Shown here piece by piece: positions 1-13,400 of a DNA stretch of 64,000 nt. The notes under the pieces were generated by a model. That model did no database searches. It was not told where the DNA came from and was given only the letters and a program-made list of their open reading frames with translations. This DNA is from Trichoplax adhaerens. Lineage: Eukaryota; Animalia; Placozoa. The translations under genes were made by a program, and so were the position numbers. How positions within the stretch are numbered: position 1 is the first letter of the stretch; each line of letters starts with the position of its first letter. Where the stretch lies: the NCBI RefSeq assembly GCF_000150275.1, contig NW_002060945.1:5381397-5445396 (forward strand), read 5' to 3'.

Positions 1-3000
1 CAATATCCGGTAATCTTTCTTCATAGTGACCGACATCTGACTCGTGATCCCGAACTCTACTGTAGATAGTAGTGAAATTTGAACCAAATCGAGAGTTACG
101 ATAAATAAAAACAATAGCTATCAAAAAATTAATTGCATTATTCATAAAATTACCTGGAACCACAAGTATCGCAAAGAAACACAATCCATTTAGGATCATT
201 TTTGGCAATCAGATGAATTATATCTGGAATAGCTAGGTGTTGGCGAGAATCTAGTATTTCTGGCTTGGCATCAATTGGCGTAAAATATCGCTTCTCATTA
301 ATGTTCAATCCATGTCCAACCAGGTAGACAAAAACATAAGAGTCTTTCCTTATTAATCTATTCATCATAGCTAAAGCTGCTTCTGCTTCTTCCAGAGTAA
401 CGTCAACCAATGTCATCACTTTAAAATCCAACTCAGTCAGTTGTTTGCTCATTACAAGAGCATCATGAAGGCAGTGATTTAATTTTTGCGGATTATACAA
501 GTAATTTTGATTGCACAGAATCAATGCATACTTCGCAGTAGCTAAAAGTCATACAAGTATTGCAGAAATAATAAAAAAAATTGCAAGATCATCTTACGTC
601 AAAAGTATGATTAAAACAGTAGTATAAAGAATAGAATATATCCTAACCCATATGCAATGATGGATTATAATATCCATACTCGTCTTCAGCAACTATAATA
701 AGAAATTATATTCACAGTTTAATAAACATCTCAATTGGTATACAAAGCAAACAGTAATTTTACAGAGGGACTACGGTTATAAGCTGGGAAAGTACATTAC
801 TGGCAGTTCAGAACTGAGAAATACAATGGATATGGGTAGTATTCAATTTGATACTTTTACTTTAGCACACTTATAGCTTTGTGAAGGGTCGTGTAAAAAT
901 TAACAAATTTTATTTAACATAGACCAATATAATTTATTTAATGGTGGATATTTAGCATGACAAAATTATTAATCAGTTATGATAATTGTTAGTATCAATG
1001 TCATTAAATTTTAAGTTTAATGTAGATCAGCATATTTAATATACCTTTTCGAGGTATGTCAGCAAATTGAGGTAATTTTTGATGGTAATGTCTGCCGGAC
1101 TCTGCGGGATGTGGGATAGCCTCTGGAAATCCCACATCTAAGGAATCGGAAGGAGTAGCAGTATTGTTAAAAGGAATAGTTGTATAAAAATATCGATAAA
1201 TGTCGAATGAGTCGTTAATTTAGGTGTACGTAGAGTTAAATTACAGATAGCATTATTAATAATTGCTGAGTCTGTAACTATGTCTTACTGTTTATAAAGA
1301 GATAATACTCAGAATTTTATGCTATAAGAATAATGCATGGTTTCATATGCTTACTTTCCTCCGAATTTGAACTTGCTAAGCTATCGTAATCGTAGTGGTC
1401 ATCTTTGAATGAAGAAAGAATAATAGTTACTTTGATATCTAATCTTTTCATGAGCCATATGTACATATTGCACTATGATCTGCTTAAAATACCGTACTAC
1501 ACTCTTGTATTTCTACGCTTGCATTCATGACATTATAAAATTGATGATGATTGAGATGTGTTAGCAGAAAGCGTCAAAATGTATATCATGAATTTTATCA
1601 CTTCCAATGAGCCCTTAAAATTATAGCATGCTTGCTTTTAGTTCCTAGATTAAACCCTTGCGCCATACTGATGTGAATTGAGCAATAATAAGGTATCGTA
1701 TGATGAAAGTATTTTTCGTGAATACAACTCTAGTAGACAGTCTAGAAGTAACTGGAAATACTATACATGCGGAAGTAATACTAGGGCTGCAAAACTGTTT
1801 ATTTACTATGTGTAGTAACAGAAAAGTAAAGGTAGAATGTTAATTCCTTAAGCTATTGCAGCTGATTAATTTTTACTTAATTGATAGGCGATGTATTTTA
1901 TTACGTGTACACATTCCTGGAAGAGTAACAATAAGGTATATATTGAATTACTAGGAGTGTATTAACACCATTGGATAAAAATACTAAGATTTACTGCAAT
2001 AATATTATCGGTTGTATTAATATCTAATTGAATTATATATGAAGTATTAGCAAACACGTCAATCTAACCATAATCATCAAAGAGAACTGGATTTCTTCCA
2101 CTATCGGAAATAAATTCGACGTAGGTACTCCGGGAGCGTCTCATGATTTTTCCATTTGACACGATACATAAATACTCTCCGTTGTAAGTATGATCACCAT
2201 TACGTATTTCTAATTTACTGATATTATATTGCGATGCAATGCCATCTTTATACCACTGATATCGAATTACGCCTTCGTTGCTTTGAGCAATGCATTCTAG
2301 AGTTAAATTACGCCCTCGATGTATTCTTATAGGCTTTGATTTTGGCTGGACGGCAAAAATAATAGGATCTAAAAATGTTGAAATGATGTTAAGCAGGGCA
2401 TAAATAACTTTTTTTACAGGATAGAATTTTACATGTAATAGCAACTTAAGACTTTTAGTTACATCTCGTATCACAGTTATCCTCATTCTAATACTGTATA
2501 GTATATAGTACAGTACTGTACTAGCAGTGTTTGGTGTTATGTCATATTTACCGTATACCTACAGTATTAGCGATCACTAACAGTCTTGAGATTTAACGCA
2601 ACATTATAATTCAAAAATTGTGCTAGTTATTTCATAAAATCAGTAGAACGTACTGTATATTGATCATTACTGTCTCAGAACGAGAGCAGAGCGATAAGCA
2701 AGGGACTTTTCATAAGTCTCCGAGTTTAATCTGTGAGTATAGACATCATTCATTGAAGTTCTGTACAACTTCATTAAGAGGCTCTGTTTTTATACTGGTA
2801 CTAATTATTAAATCAATTCTTCTCCTGGTCATCAACATGAGGCACGCGTTATAAAATACTGTAAAATGCTGAGTTTGAAATTCAGGTTATGATCGGAAAA
2901 GGACCAAGGGCAATATTACGAGAATCTTATCTAGCACAATAAATAAATTGTTTTTGAAAACAAATTGAACAATAAATTGTTGAAACTTTTTCTAACTGAC

Positions 3001-5150
3001 TATTACTGTAATCGACTACATTAGATCATATGTCAAGAATCCTGACGTCAGAGTGCCATTCAAATCATCAAAATTTAATACGCTGTTTCTTGTAATAATT
3101 ATATCGAAAGTAATAAATTATAATCATTCCTGCCAACACATGTATTGCTATCTAAATCCCGCAAAATGGACCTATAGACTGTGTGTACATCGTAAAGCGT
3201 GGTAAAATACTACATCATCGAGATTCAATTAAATAAGTTTCGGAAATAAAATTGGTAGTGAAATGAGTCTAGACTCTCGGATGATTGACTGGTTAGTAAA
3301 TTACGCCTATAATAATTATAATGAAACTATCGGTCTGTACTGGAGTTACTAGTTAGCGGATTACTGAACGTGCACCACAGTATCATAAGACACATCTGTG
3401 TACGAGAATTATACTTGTATACAGTGCAAGTATTGTCATTTTACACAAAATCCTATTTAAATGAATAATGTTGGCTTTTAGACAAACAGTAAAATTTCAT
3501 CTCATAGCGAGACAACGATAGCTATAAGCGCAACAGTATAACCAGAGTAAGTAATACGTATACTGGATGATACTATAATATTCAATGATTGATTCCAAGA
3601 TGATCAAGGGCATTCAAGGTACTGAAGTAAAAGGTGAACTAGTCAACCAAAATATATCGTTGGACAAATGTATACGAGACTAATGTCGAAATATTACGCC
3701 CATTAATAGAATAAGTGGTTATTAATAATGATAATAACAATACAAATCTTGAAAGTTTCTGAAACTACTACTGAGTCAATTATAAATAACGGATCACTAT
3801 GAGAGTAGCTTGCGATTAAATATAAGGCTATCTAGTCAGAAAATTTCTGATTTCACCAATAAAGCAACTATAGCGTAAAGTATAACAGTACTGTATGATT
3901 AAACTACCGTAGAATTGAACTACAGTAGATCCATTATACGATGTTGAAATGAAAATAAAACTCAAAGTATACTTGTTTGGTTATGACGATGGCTTAATGG
4001 CGCGTGTATAAAAGTGATTGGTTTTCTTTTAACAGTATGCACGTCAATATGGAATCGTATTTTCGCTGCAAGAGTAAATCGGAATATATCGGTTGTCGGG
4101 TAGTAATGCATTAGTAATATCACGAACTACTAACATAGTGGTATTTTAGTTTAGCTCATGGTCTATGACTTTAAAAATGATTAAAAATATACTTTCAACG
4201 AGAATCAATCTATAGTATTACTGCAAGAGAATACCTTCTATGACTGATCTACGCCTGATTTATCTTTCCTTTTTTAACTCCAAGCCTGATCGATCGAAGT
4301 GCAAGTTTGCTATACACATACGAGTATTGATTTTTAATGTCGTTGGAATGTTCGGGTTTGGGATTGACCATGAAAGTCAATCTCGATGAATATCATATTG
4401 TACAATAATAGTACTACGTGATCAAGCAAGTACACGGAAGTTAGTATGGGTTCTCTTTTTTTCCTTTGTTTTACTTATCAAGTAAAATAAATGTAATAGC
4501 AAATCATTCAATACCAGTGTAAAAGATCGACATGTTAGATCATGGAGTCTCTACCTTTGCCGACAAGTATTGCAATATTTTCGATTTATGAAAAATGGAC
4601 ATAAGCATCATCAGTACAATGTACGAGTACAGCATCGATGATGATTTCTAGGGTAAGAAGTAAGTTGCTACTTTAGCTGATACTCAATATTATCGATTGA
4701 TCCATTTGTAGGAGTCCCTTCTGACTTTGAGTAATAAAAAGACTGTTGTTGAGACTTGGCTGTGGCGACGTAAGTGGTACATTGGCACAGAGGGAAAGGA
4801 TTAAAGTAGTAATATCAAGCATTCAACTTACAGTAGTTTAGTAATTCTTTACAGGCATCTTGATTTTCAATACTTGATAAGTAGGAAAACAATTCATCAA
4901 CCGTCATCAATTGAGAACCATAATAACGTAGTATTCCATAAGCAGGATCTGGAGATCGATGTAATTCGTTGAGTTGGGCATTACTTATTTGATACTTTTT
5001 TACAGCTTGGACGAGTACTTGCCAATTGTGCTTGACATCATCAGTATTATCCAATATTGTGCATAATGGTTGCTTAATATGGTAAGGCATTTCATGAAGG
5101 AAATTGGGTTGATAATCATAGGTTGCATTCCAGATACTTTGCAACTCCAT
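1..5150 (-). CDS. MALT1: MALT1-like paracaspase (death domain - Ig - caspase-like domain), 3' end beyond window start
   Basis: Phase-consistent GT-AG exons: 5150-4832 (death-fold, ...HNWQVLVQAV...PAYGILRYYG), 2368-2069 (Ig: LTLECIA..YQWYKDG..GEYLCIV), ~1402-1355, ~1137-1045, ~692-648, ~541-154 (ATAKYALILCNQNY..LHDA..YLVGHG..FTPIDA..VFLCDTC), ~56-1. Motifs match paracaspase KVALLIGN, YYAGHG and VFLLDMC, with the His/Cys dyad intact. Confidence 0.88.
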
Positions 5151-5841
5151 TTTGGATTGATCGGTAGTCCGTGAATGGTGGGGTAGTAAAGGAGGAGAAA
5201 CTGGATTGAAAATGATCAAGTCTGTTGACTCAATCGATAACCACAGCAGAGGTAAACGATAGATCGGTTAAAAAGAATGCCGCGTTCAATGGTTAATTTC
5301 ACAGGTTGAAAAGTACCTAATAGTACAGTACGAAGTACATCCACTTGAATACAATCCTTTAGGCCTAAAACAATTTGAAGGCAACGTGAAAAGGAAACAT
5401 CAAATGGCTCAAATTCTCCATTAAACGTTTGTTATTTTGGCGTGTACGCCGTACAGTTTGATGCTTGTTTAATGCCTTTATAGGCTTGGCCACCCAATCT
5501 ATTATACTGTACACGTCGTTTAGGACTGAAAATCTCTATGGGAACTCACCGTATTGAAGGTATGTAGACTAAGTCACAAGCCGATTTGGCCCTACAACGA
5601 CTACCTTGTTCATCTCGCATACATTGATACTATCCCCAACCTCATGTATAGGCTACAGTAAACGCTGGGGTTGTTCCCTTCCGCATCCTTTGTGTTAATT
5701 GATTTTAATCGATGGAAAGTGATTTATAGCGCCTGGTCATGTAGAAAATAACTGATTTTGTACGGCTTCTAGGCTTGACCAGGAACTGAAACAGAAAATC
5801 AAGTCCTATCGACAGCGGGCTTTATGTTGACCGCGTTGTCT

Positions 5842-6734
5842 TACTTCCTTGATTGGGGAGCATCATCAGTAAATGTAAAATAATCGATATACAAGTTTTA
5901 GTAATAGTCATCCTCGTCGATGATAGACGTGATAGAAATAGAATACATTGACTGTACTGTGCCAAGTATACTTCCTTGATTGGGGAGCATCATCTTTAAA
6001 TGTAAAATAATCGATATACAAGTTTTAGTAATAGTCATCCTCGTCGATGATAGACGTTATACAGTAGAAATAGAATACATTGACTGTACTGTGCCAAGTA
6101 TACTTCCTTGATTGGGGAGCATCATCTTTAAATGTAAAATAATCGGTATACAAGTTTTAGTAATATTCATCCTCGTCGATGATAGACGTTATACAGTAGA
6201 AATAGAATACATTGACTGTACTGTGCCAACTATACTTCCTTGATTGGGGAGTATCATCTTTAAATGTAAAATAATCGATATACAAGTTTTAGTAATAGTC
6301 ATCCTCGTCGATGATAGACGAGATAGAAATAGAATACATTGACTGTACTGTGCCAAGTATACTTTCTTGATTGGGGAGCGTCATCTTTAAATGTAAAATA
6401 ATCTATATACAAGTCTTAGTAATAGTCATCCTCGTCGATGATAGACGTAATAGAAATAGAATACATTGACTGTACTATGCTAAGTATACTTGATTTAGGA
6501 GCATCATCAGTAAATGTAAAATAATCTATAGACAAGTCTTAGTAACAGTCGTCCTCGTCGATGATAGACGTTGTAGAAATAGAATACATTGACTGTACTA
6601 TGCCAAGTATACTTGATTTAGGAGCATCATCAGTAAATGTAAAATAATCTATAGACAAGTCTTAGTAATAGTCGTCCTCGTCGATGATAGACGTTGTAGA
6701 AATAGAATACATTGACTGTACTATGCCAAGTATA
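5842..6734. repeat. Tandem repeat array, 7 units of 123-132 bp
   Basis: Units start at about 5842, 5969, 6101, 6233, 6360, 6487 and 6610 (lengths 127,132,132,127,127,123,123). The core GGAGCATCATC..AAATGTAAAATAATC..TCCTCGTCGATGATAGACG..TAGAAATAGAATACATTGACTGTACT is repeated almost identically. Confidence 0.97.
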
Positions 6735-7524
6735 TCGTATCCGGTAAAGTGTTGAAGAGGTTGTGATGGAGACGTTAAAACCCCCTACGAGTAGAAATCG
6801 AATCAATAGTGGCCGATTGTAATACAATGCAGATCAAAAGAGCCTCTACTGGGTGTGATGGAGATAAAATTACAACGCGTATTTCACAAGCTACGATCTT
6901 GCAAGTGTTGCTAAAACGGAGACGTAATTTGAGTTTCAAGCAGTCACGTTTTCTACTCTAACTCTCTTACTACAGTAGTTTTTAAGACTGCAATAACACC
7001 AGCTATGATGGTAATTCAAATGACCGGTTTAACCGCTCAACACTACACCTGTTTACGGTTAAGTAAGAGTATTTCCCTTCAAACTCCCTGTCAAAGATAC
7101 AGAAATAGTCAAAAAGTACACTTATTGTACAGCAATAACGCTACGCTTTCTCCTCATTGCAGAATTCTGTACAAGCTGCACAATCTCACAAAACTTGATT
7201 TGACAAAGTTTGTGAAATAGATAATTTTCGGCCAATTTATAATACACAAGGTTCTAGACAAAAACAGAAATCGATTATCTTTAGCGTCCATTGAATAAAT
7301 TACCTTCCCATTCCTATTAATTAAATAAATAAAATTGAAAGCATAAGTTCAACCATAACGACTATCGTTATTCCACTTGTGGTGGACTCTAATGTCGTAA
7401 GACCATAGAGTTAATATGCATAAAAGACTCCTGACTCATGGACTGTACTGCACAGTACACTATACATTACTGTACGCCCAGTGTATTGTACTGCCATACT
7501 GTTTTATATACTATAATGGGACTG

Positions 7525-7538
7525 GTCTCTATAGAGAC
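7525..7538. promoter_or_regulatory. Candidate RFX X-box (GTCTCTATAGAGAC) upstream of DNAAF4
   Basis: Lies in the perfect 16-bp palindrome GGTCTCTATAGAGACC and fits the palindromic RFX pattern GTYNCY-AT-RGNRAC, about 165 bp upstream of the ATG of a motile-cilia gene. Confidence 0.55.
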
Positions 7539-7703
7539 CGATGCTCGAAAAACCAGCAACAACTGCCAACTGCAGCCAGTGATTTAGATCAACGCGGTGC
7601 TCTTAAGTAGTAAACTATAAAATAATAAAAGGCAAACTCAGCTATCCATCTTGACAGCAAGATATAGATATCGATAGCTCTAGTCTTAATAACTCCTTTA
7701 AAA

Positions 7704-10161
7704 ATGCCTATTTTAGTCAAGGACTATACATGGAAAGAGAGTGAAACTGCGGTTATTATCACTGTACCGTTAAAAGGTGTTAAAGCTAATAAAGTCGACG
7801 TCTTCAGCACTGATCAATACATAAAGGCACGTAAAATCTGCAACATTTCATTCATTGATTATATTCTTATATGTTAATGATGCTCGTAATCATCGTATGT
7901 ACATCATTTCATAATCAACTAATCCTTATAATGATTAACTTAACCTTGGTTCTATGAAAGCTATAATATCAGTCTACTATTTTGTATTAAATGGAAATAA
8001 TGAACCTAATCTAGTCTTCCTCAATGAAGTCATTAGAGGCATGATTGAAAAAGAGAGACGTAACTGCATACCGATATCGATATTTCGCATTATACCATAT
8101 ATGCGAATGCAGTTTATTAAGACAAAATTATCGAACAGATATATGCTTAAATATGCTCAGACCTAGTACGCGTATAAATACCAAAAAGAATAGTCATGCA
8201 ATTAATTTGGGGACTAATATTAAGCGTGAAATATCCGCTATAGAACCGCATTTAACCGATCTTGAATTGAGCTATTTAGTAAAAAATCATAAATATATTT
8301 CATTAAGCTTATACAAAAGAAAAAATAAATTTACATCTGCTTTCATATGCGTATTCTCCTTTGTTAAAACCGTCGTATCTTCAATTCGAAATTATCTTTC
8401 AACAGGTGAGCTATCCTCCATACTTGTTTGAGATATACCTATTAGTACCTATAAATGAAGAAGTGAGTGGTTGCAAAGTTGGCGACGGAGCTGTTGTCTT
8501 TACTTTAGAAAAGTTAGAGCACATTGTATGGGGCAAATTAACAGAGGTTAATGAAAATGACAAGGAAGCATGGAAAGAATTACGTCAACATGCTGTAGAA
8601 AAAGCTCATGAAAAAGTAACAAAAGATGAAGAAGAAAAGGCAAAGAAAAAACGAGAAGAACACCAAATGGCTATTAAACGACAGATTGAAGTAGATACTA
8701 TGCACATTTTCTATATTGAACTATTAAAGTATCCTATAATATAATAGCCTTCCATTTAATCGATTTAATAACTATATTGTGATACATACATAGTTAGAAA
8801 GTGAAGAAAAGAAACGTGTTGAACAAGTGAAAGAAGCAGAGCGTCAAAGAACCACTGAAGAAATTGAATATTGGAAAGAAACAGACACATATCACTCTAA
8901 ACAAGCTAGGAATGAAAAGAATTCAAGTAATAAATCAAATTTTAGGATTATGTCTATCCATAAATGAATTTTCATAATTTTCTTTATATACATGTATTTT
9001 TTCAAACTACACAACTATAATTAAATTAAATGCTTACTTACATCACTCGCTGATCAATTTTAGTTTTTGAAGATAAAGACAAGATACCGTTACCTAGAAG
9101 TAGTGGATCGATTCAAGTCAAATTTACTTCTCGAACATTTCCAACTGCTGCTCGGGAATCTAAAGCACAGGAAGAACAGGAGGTAACATTTAAAAAATAA
9201 GACTTTTATATGCTTTCAAGGTGAATTTATACTTTGGTAACGTAGTTGAATGGTACTCATAAATTAATTTAATATGGTGATTAGTTAATTAATTAATATG
9301 ATGATTTCATAATGTTTAGTGGCTGGATAAAATAGCTGCTGCAAGAAGACCAAAAGGAGATGGAAGTGAGAATCCTGAAGAAAGTGATCCAATGTGGCTT
9401 AAAGATAAGGGAAGGTTGTATTGAGTCATTTGAATGTAATTCTTTTAAATCGCCTCATCTGATAAATCAGAATATTTATACTTGTTTATAATACATATAT
9501 TCTTTCTAGTTCTCTATTCAAAGCTGGCGATTATGTTTCTGCAATAAATGCGTTCAATGAAGCAATTAGACTAGAACCAATTTTACCATCGTACGTTCAG
9601 TTATGAAATCGTCACTTAATGATATCGATTACTACACATTTGTAATGGTATTATGCTTGCGTTACTGAATAATTTTTACCTCTCATTGTTTTAGGTTATA
9701 CTTAAATCGATCTGCGTGTTTTTTAAAGATTGGAGACTATCCGTATTGTATCGAAGATTGTTGCAAGGTTAGTACGTTTATCACGAGCCTATCATGAACT
9801 AGATAAGATCAATTCTTTGAGAATTAAATAGCATTTATTTGTTTTTAGGCTCTTGAAAGGCTGACTCCACCAGTGCCTGCTAACGCCGCACAGAGGTCAA
9901 AAGCCTACGTACGGCGTGGAACAGCTTACTTTAAGCTAGAGTTATATGTCGATGGTAACTCAAAATAACTTAAGCAGTTTGAAAACTTGTAGTCACAGTT
10001 CACCTCTTTGTCTATTTTCTTTATTTGTTATCATAGCTTTACAAGATTATGACCAAGCAATCAGCCTCGATCCTGACAATGAAGGCCTTAAACAGGATGC
10101 TGATATGATTAGAAAAATTATTCAGGGATCAAATCCATCAGACGAAGATACAGTCGAATGA
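7704..10161 (+). CDS. DNAAF4: Dynein axonemal assembly factor 4 (DYX1C1): CS/p23 domain plus C-terminal TPRs
   Basis: [36 protein letters not shown]|VSYPPYLFE resembles human MPLQVSDYSW..LPLKGV..VNFPPFLFE. Also [55 protein letters not shown]. Nine exons: 7704-7826, 8406-8690, ~8793-8925, ~9064-9182, ~9320-9414, ~9510-9590, ~9695-9767, ~9849-9954, ~10037-10161. Confidence 0.95.
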
Positions 10162-10467
10162 TGTTCCAACCAAATACTTGGTGCAGCTATTTGTATGCAA
10201 TTACATACTGTACAGTAACTGTATATTAATTATATAAAGTTTCTATAAATGCGTAGTTATTTAAATCTATAGCAGTTTGTAGTGCTTCATAATAGATATT
10301 ACAAACGAAAATAAAATTTATATTACAGTAATTTGCAATTACATAATTATCGTTAGTATAATATGACATTGTCTATTATACGTGAAAAATAACGTCATTT
10401 TGGTAATGTAAACTTTCAATGTTTATCAAAGATGTTAGATAACACTTTTGTTACAGACAAGTAGCAG

Positions 10468-13400
10468 TTATGAGAGACCTGTACTTGAGCTAAAGAATTT
10501 GTTAAAATCAATTCGTAACAACAATTGTGATAAATGCGGACTGGCTTGATGGCTTCTGACACTTGAAAGAATTTTTAATAATAGCGAAGTTTGACGTTCG
10601 AAACACTTGTAAGAGAAATATGAATAAAATGAATCAAAACAACAGTTGCAAATTTAATTGCAATATGAACTATAAAAATCGAGGTTACCTTTGATATTTC
10701 ATCAAATTCTTCTGCGCTTGATTCTAATACTTCGTCACTTTGGCGATTGACAAATGCACAAAATCGCTGACAAAGATTAAGAATTTCATCTAGGCAGTGT
10801 GACACCTAGTTTGTTTTAATGAATTCAACGCGATTATTACAGATTTCTCAATCATAACTAAATAGCTTTTATATAACAAGAATTAAAAGAATATGAAATT
10901 TTTTACCGGTTTCAACAGACGAAAAGATTGCCCAACAAGAGCACTTATAAATTGATCATGAGCTATTCGAACGTGCTCAAAATCTTTCGTTGATTTTATT
11001 TTATCCATCAGGATAGTAAATTGCCCTTCTAAAACGTCAACCTATTGCAACAAATGTTACGGATATCACTTCATACTCTACTCTACGTTTTATCCGCTAT
11101 ATTGATAACATACTTGCAAATAGTATTGCAGATTATCCACAAGAAAAGCCATATGATTTCTGAGATTCCAAATGTTGCGAAATTGAGTTTGTTCTTGCCA
11201 TTCTTGTCGTTTCTGCATTTGCAATTTCCAACAGTGCTGAAGCTCAAGTTGTATTCTATTTACAGAAATCAGGAAACGAAATAGCACGTTGTACCTAAAG
11301 TTAAAAGACAGTAATTTCTGGTTGAGTATATCTTGCATATTTTAGCATAAAGGAGCCAAAAGATGTAATAGAAGGCTATCCTACTTTTCTAGAATGGGTT
11401 TAGTCAGTATGAGTTGAAGAGGCCACTGAACATTATATTGTAAATTTAGACATGTCCAGCCACATTCTGCTTCCTCTCTATCACTCTCTTGCTGTTCTAT
11501 TGGTATATCTACAATGATGTAAAGTCGTTAATTGATCTATTATACTTTGATGTATAGAATTAAGTGCGACATTTAATAGTAAATCTTAGAGCAAATCATC
11601 ATCCTGCGTATTACAGACTTTTTTGCTCTACTTCCGGCTGAATAATTTTCAGGTGAAATTGGCTAAGAAAGTCTTCATCTGGTAATATAATCTATAATAA
11701 TACATATAAAGTATGCAGTATATACGCGTATGTTAGGTGTAAGAGACTATTATATTGGCACTGCAATATATAAAGATAGTATGCGGTTACAAAAATAGAT
11801 AGTCAACCTTATGAGCAGCTTGCTGAAAAGCAAGATTAAGATCTGCAATAGAAATGAAAGAGCTTTAGGTAAATATCTTGAACATGGACTACCAGCTAGA
11901 AATTTGTATACGATATATACTCTATGTACGAGCGTACGTGTGACCTGATTTGGATATGTTTACATGTATCTAATTTACCATGTTCTATGATCGTAGATGG
12001 AGGTTTCTTTAAAAAATCATTGCATTGATCGATAAAAGCTAAAAATAACTCTCCACGACCAAGTAGGAAAAATTCTTTTAGAATCTAAATTTTAAGAAAT
12101 TACTCATATTTATTACACAAGGCTGATGATGTAATGCTTGAAAGACGTATGTTGTTGCAATTAGCTATATGAATCTCTATTCTGGTTACCTTAAGATGAT
12201 CTACAAGGTTAGCGTCATCTACTACGATCCGCCATAGGCTCTAATTTTATGTAATATTAATTATACACATCGGCAATTAGTAAGATGCTGATTACAGTAA
12301 CCAATATTCATGATTTACCTCTGCTACAGTTGAGCGGATTTCGTCAATAACTTCTTCAAAAACACTCAGTGAAAATACTTGTTGTGAGCTTAAACTCTTC
12401 AATCTTACGATAATCTCATTCATCTTATCTCCGTATATAGAGTTTAATTCTGAAGCAATATCAGTTAATGTGGAGAAACATTAATAAGTTGATTACATGA
12501 ACTATCGCTACTAATCTAGAATCAAGTGATCGATTTACCTCCGTTATTAAGTAACGATAGCTCCCTAGCGTTTTCAAAAATACGGACCGATTCACCAATA
12601 AATACAATCTAGTGAACAGGATAAGAGGCTAAGAGCTCTATTGTATTATTTAGCCAACCGTTGTGCTATATTGCACTACCTAACAACACTGTTAATAAAT
12701 ATTCTTGCAATACATACTATGTATCATCGTTTTCTGTACCTTATCTGCTATCCGTGGTGGAATGTGAGCTGGTAATACTTCAGATCTAAGTGTGTATCGA
12801 AGATATTTAAATTCCTTCATAATTCGTACAGATTCCTATTTAATGAAAACGGGTTCAGGTTATACGGAAACATAGTGATTGATAATGAGAAAGTAATAAT
12901 GTCGTTTATTTAATGAAATAGAATAAAGAGTTTGCATTAGATTCCTACACTATCTACAATTTCAATTAATTCTTGACCAGAGGCGGTACTATGATCAAGG
13001 TTCGAGTCACTTTCATCTTGGTCCAACGGCCTGGCTTGGCAAATGAAAAATTCTTCATAGCGATCAACAATGAATCCATGTAGTAGCCATGTCGATAGTT
13101 GTTTACACATTGCTTTATAGCAAGTATTGATTATTCTGTATTTCAAATGGTACGTGCATATCGATTAATAAAACGGTATAAGCTTAGAGAAAATGAGGTT
13201 GAATGTTTTCAACATATAATATTAAGCCGTAAATAACATTACAGTAAGTCATATCAATGCTAATTAACCGTTGTTGATATACTACAATATGTATATTATT
13301 ATATTATATTTTTACACGACTGTCTTCCTTTTTTAGTACATACATTTGGAGGCAATCTTCAACAGATTTAATTCCGCAGTTTTGCTGTTGATATAAAAGA

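Noticed and set aside
4530-4780. Nested plus-strand gene in MALT1 intron 1 (gtaag..tttgtag, gtaagt signals)
   Set aside because: All frames stop within about 20 codons and there is no recognisable homology.
5842-6734. CRISPR array or coding repeat (including ORF 6630-6827)
   Set aside because: Whole units are repeated with no unique spacers, there are no cas genes, and the context is eukaryotic. The 127-bp units break frame and stops are frequent.
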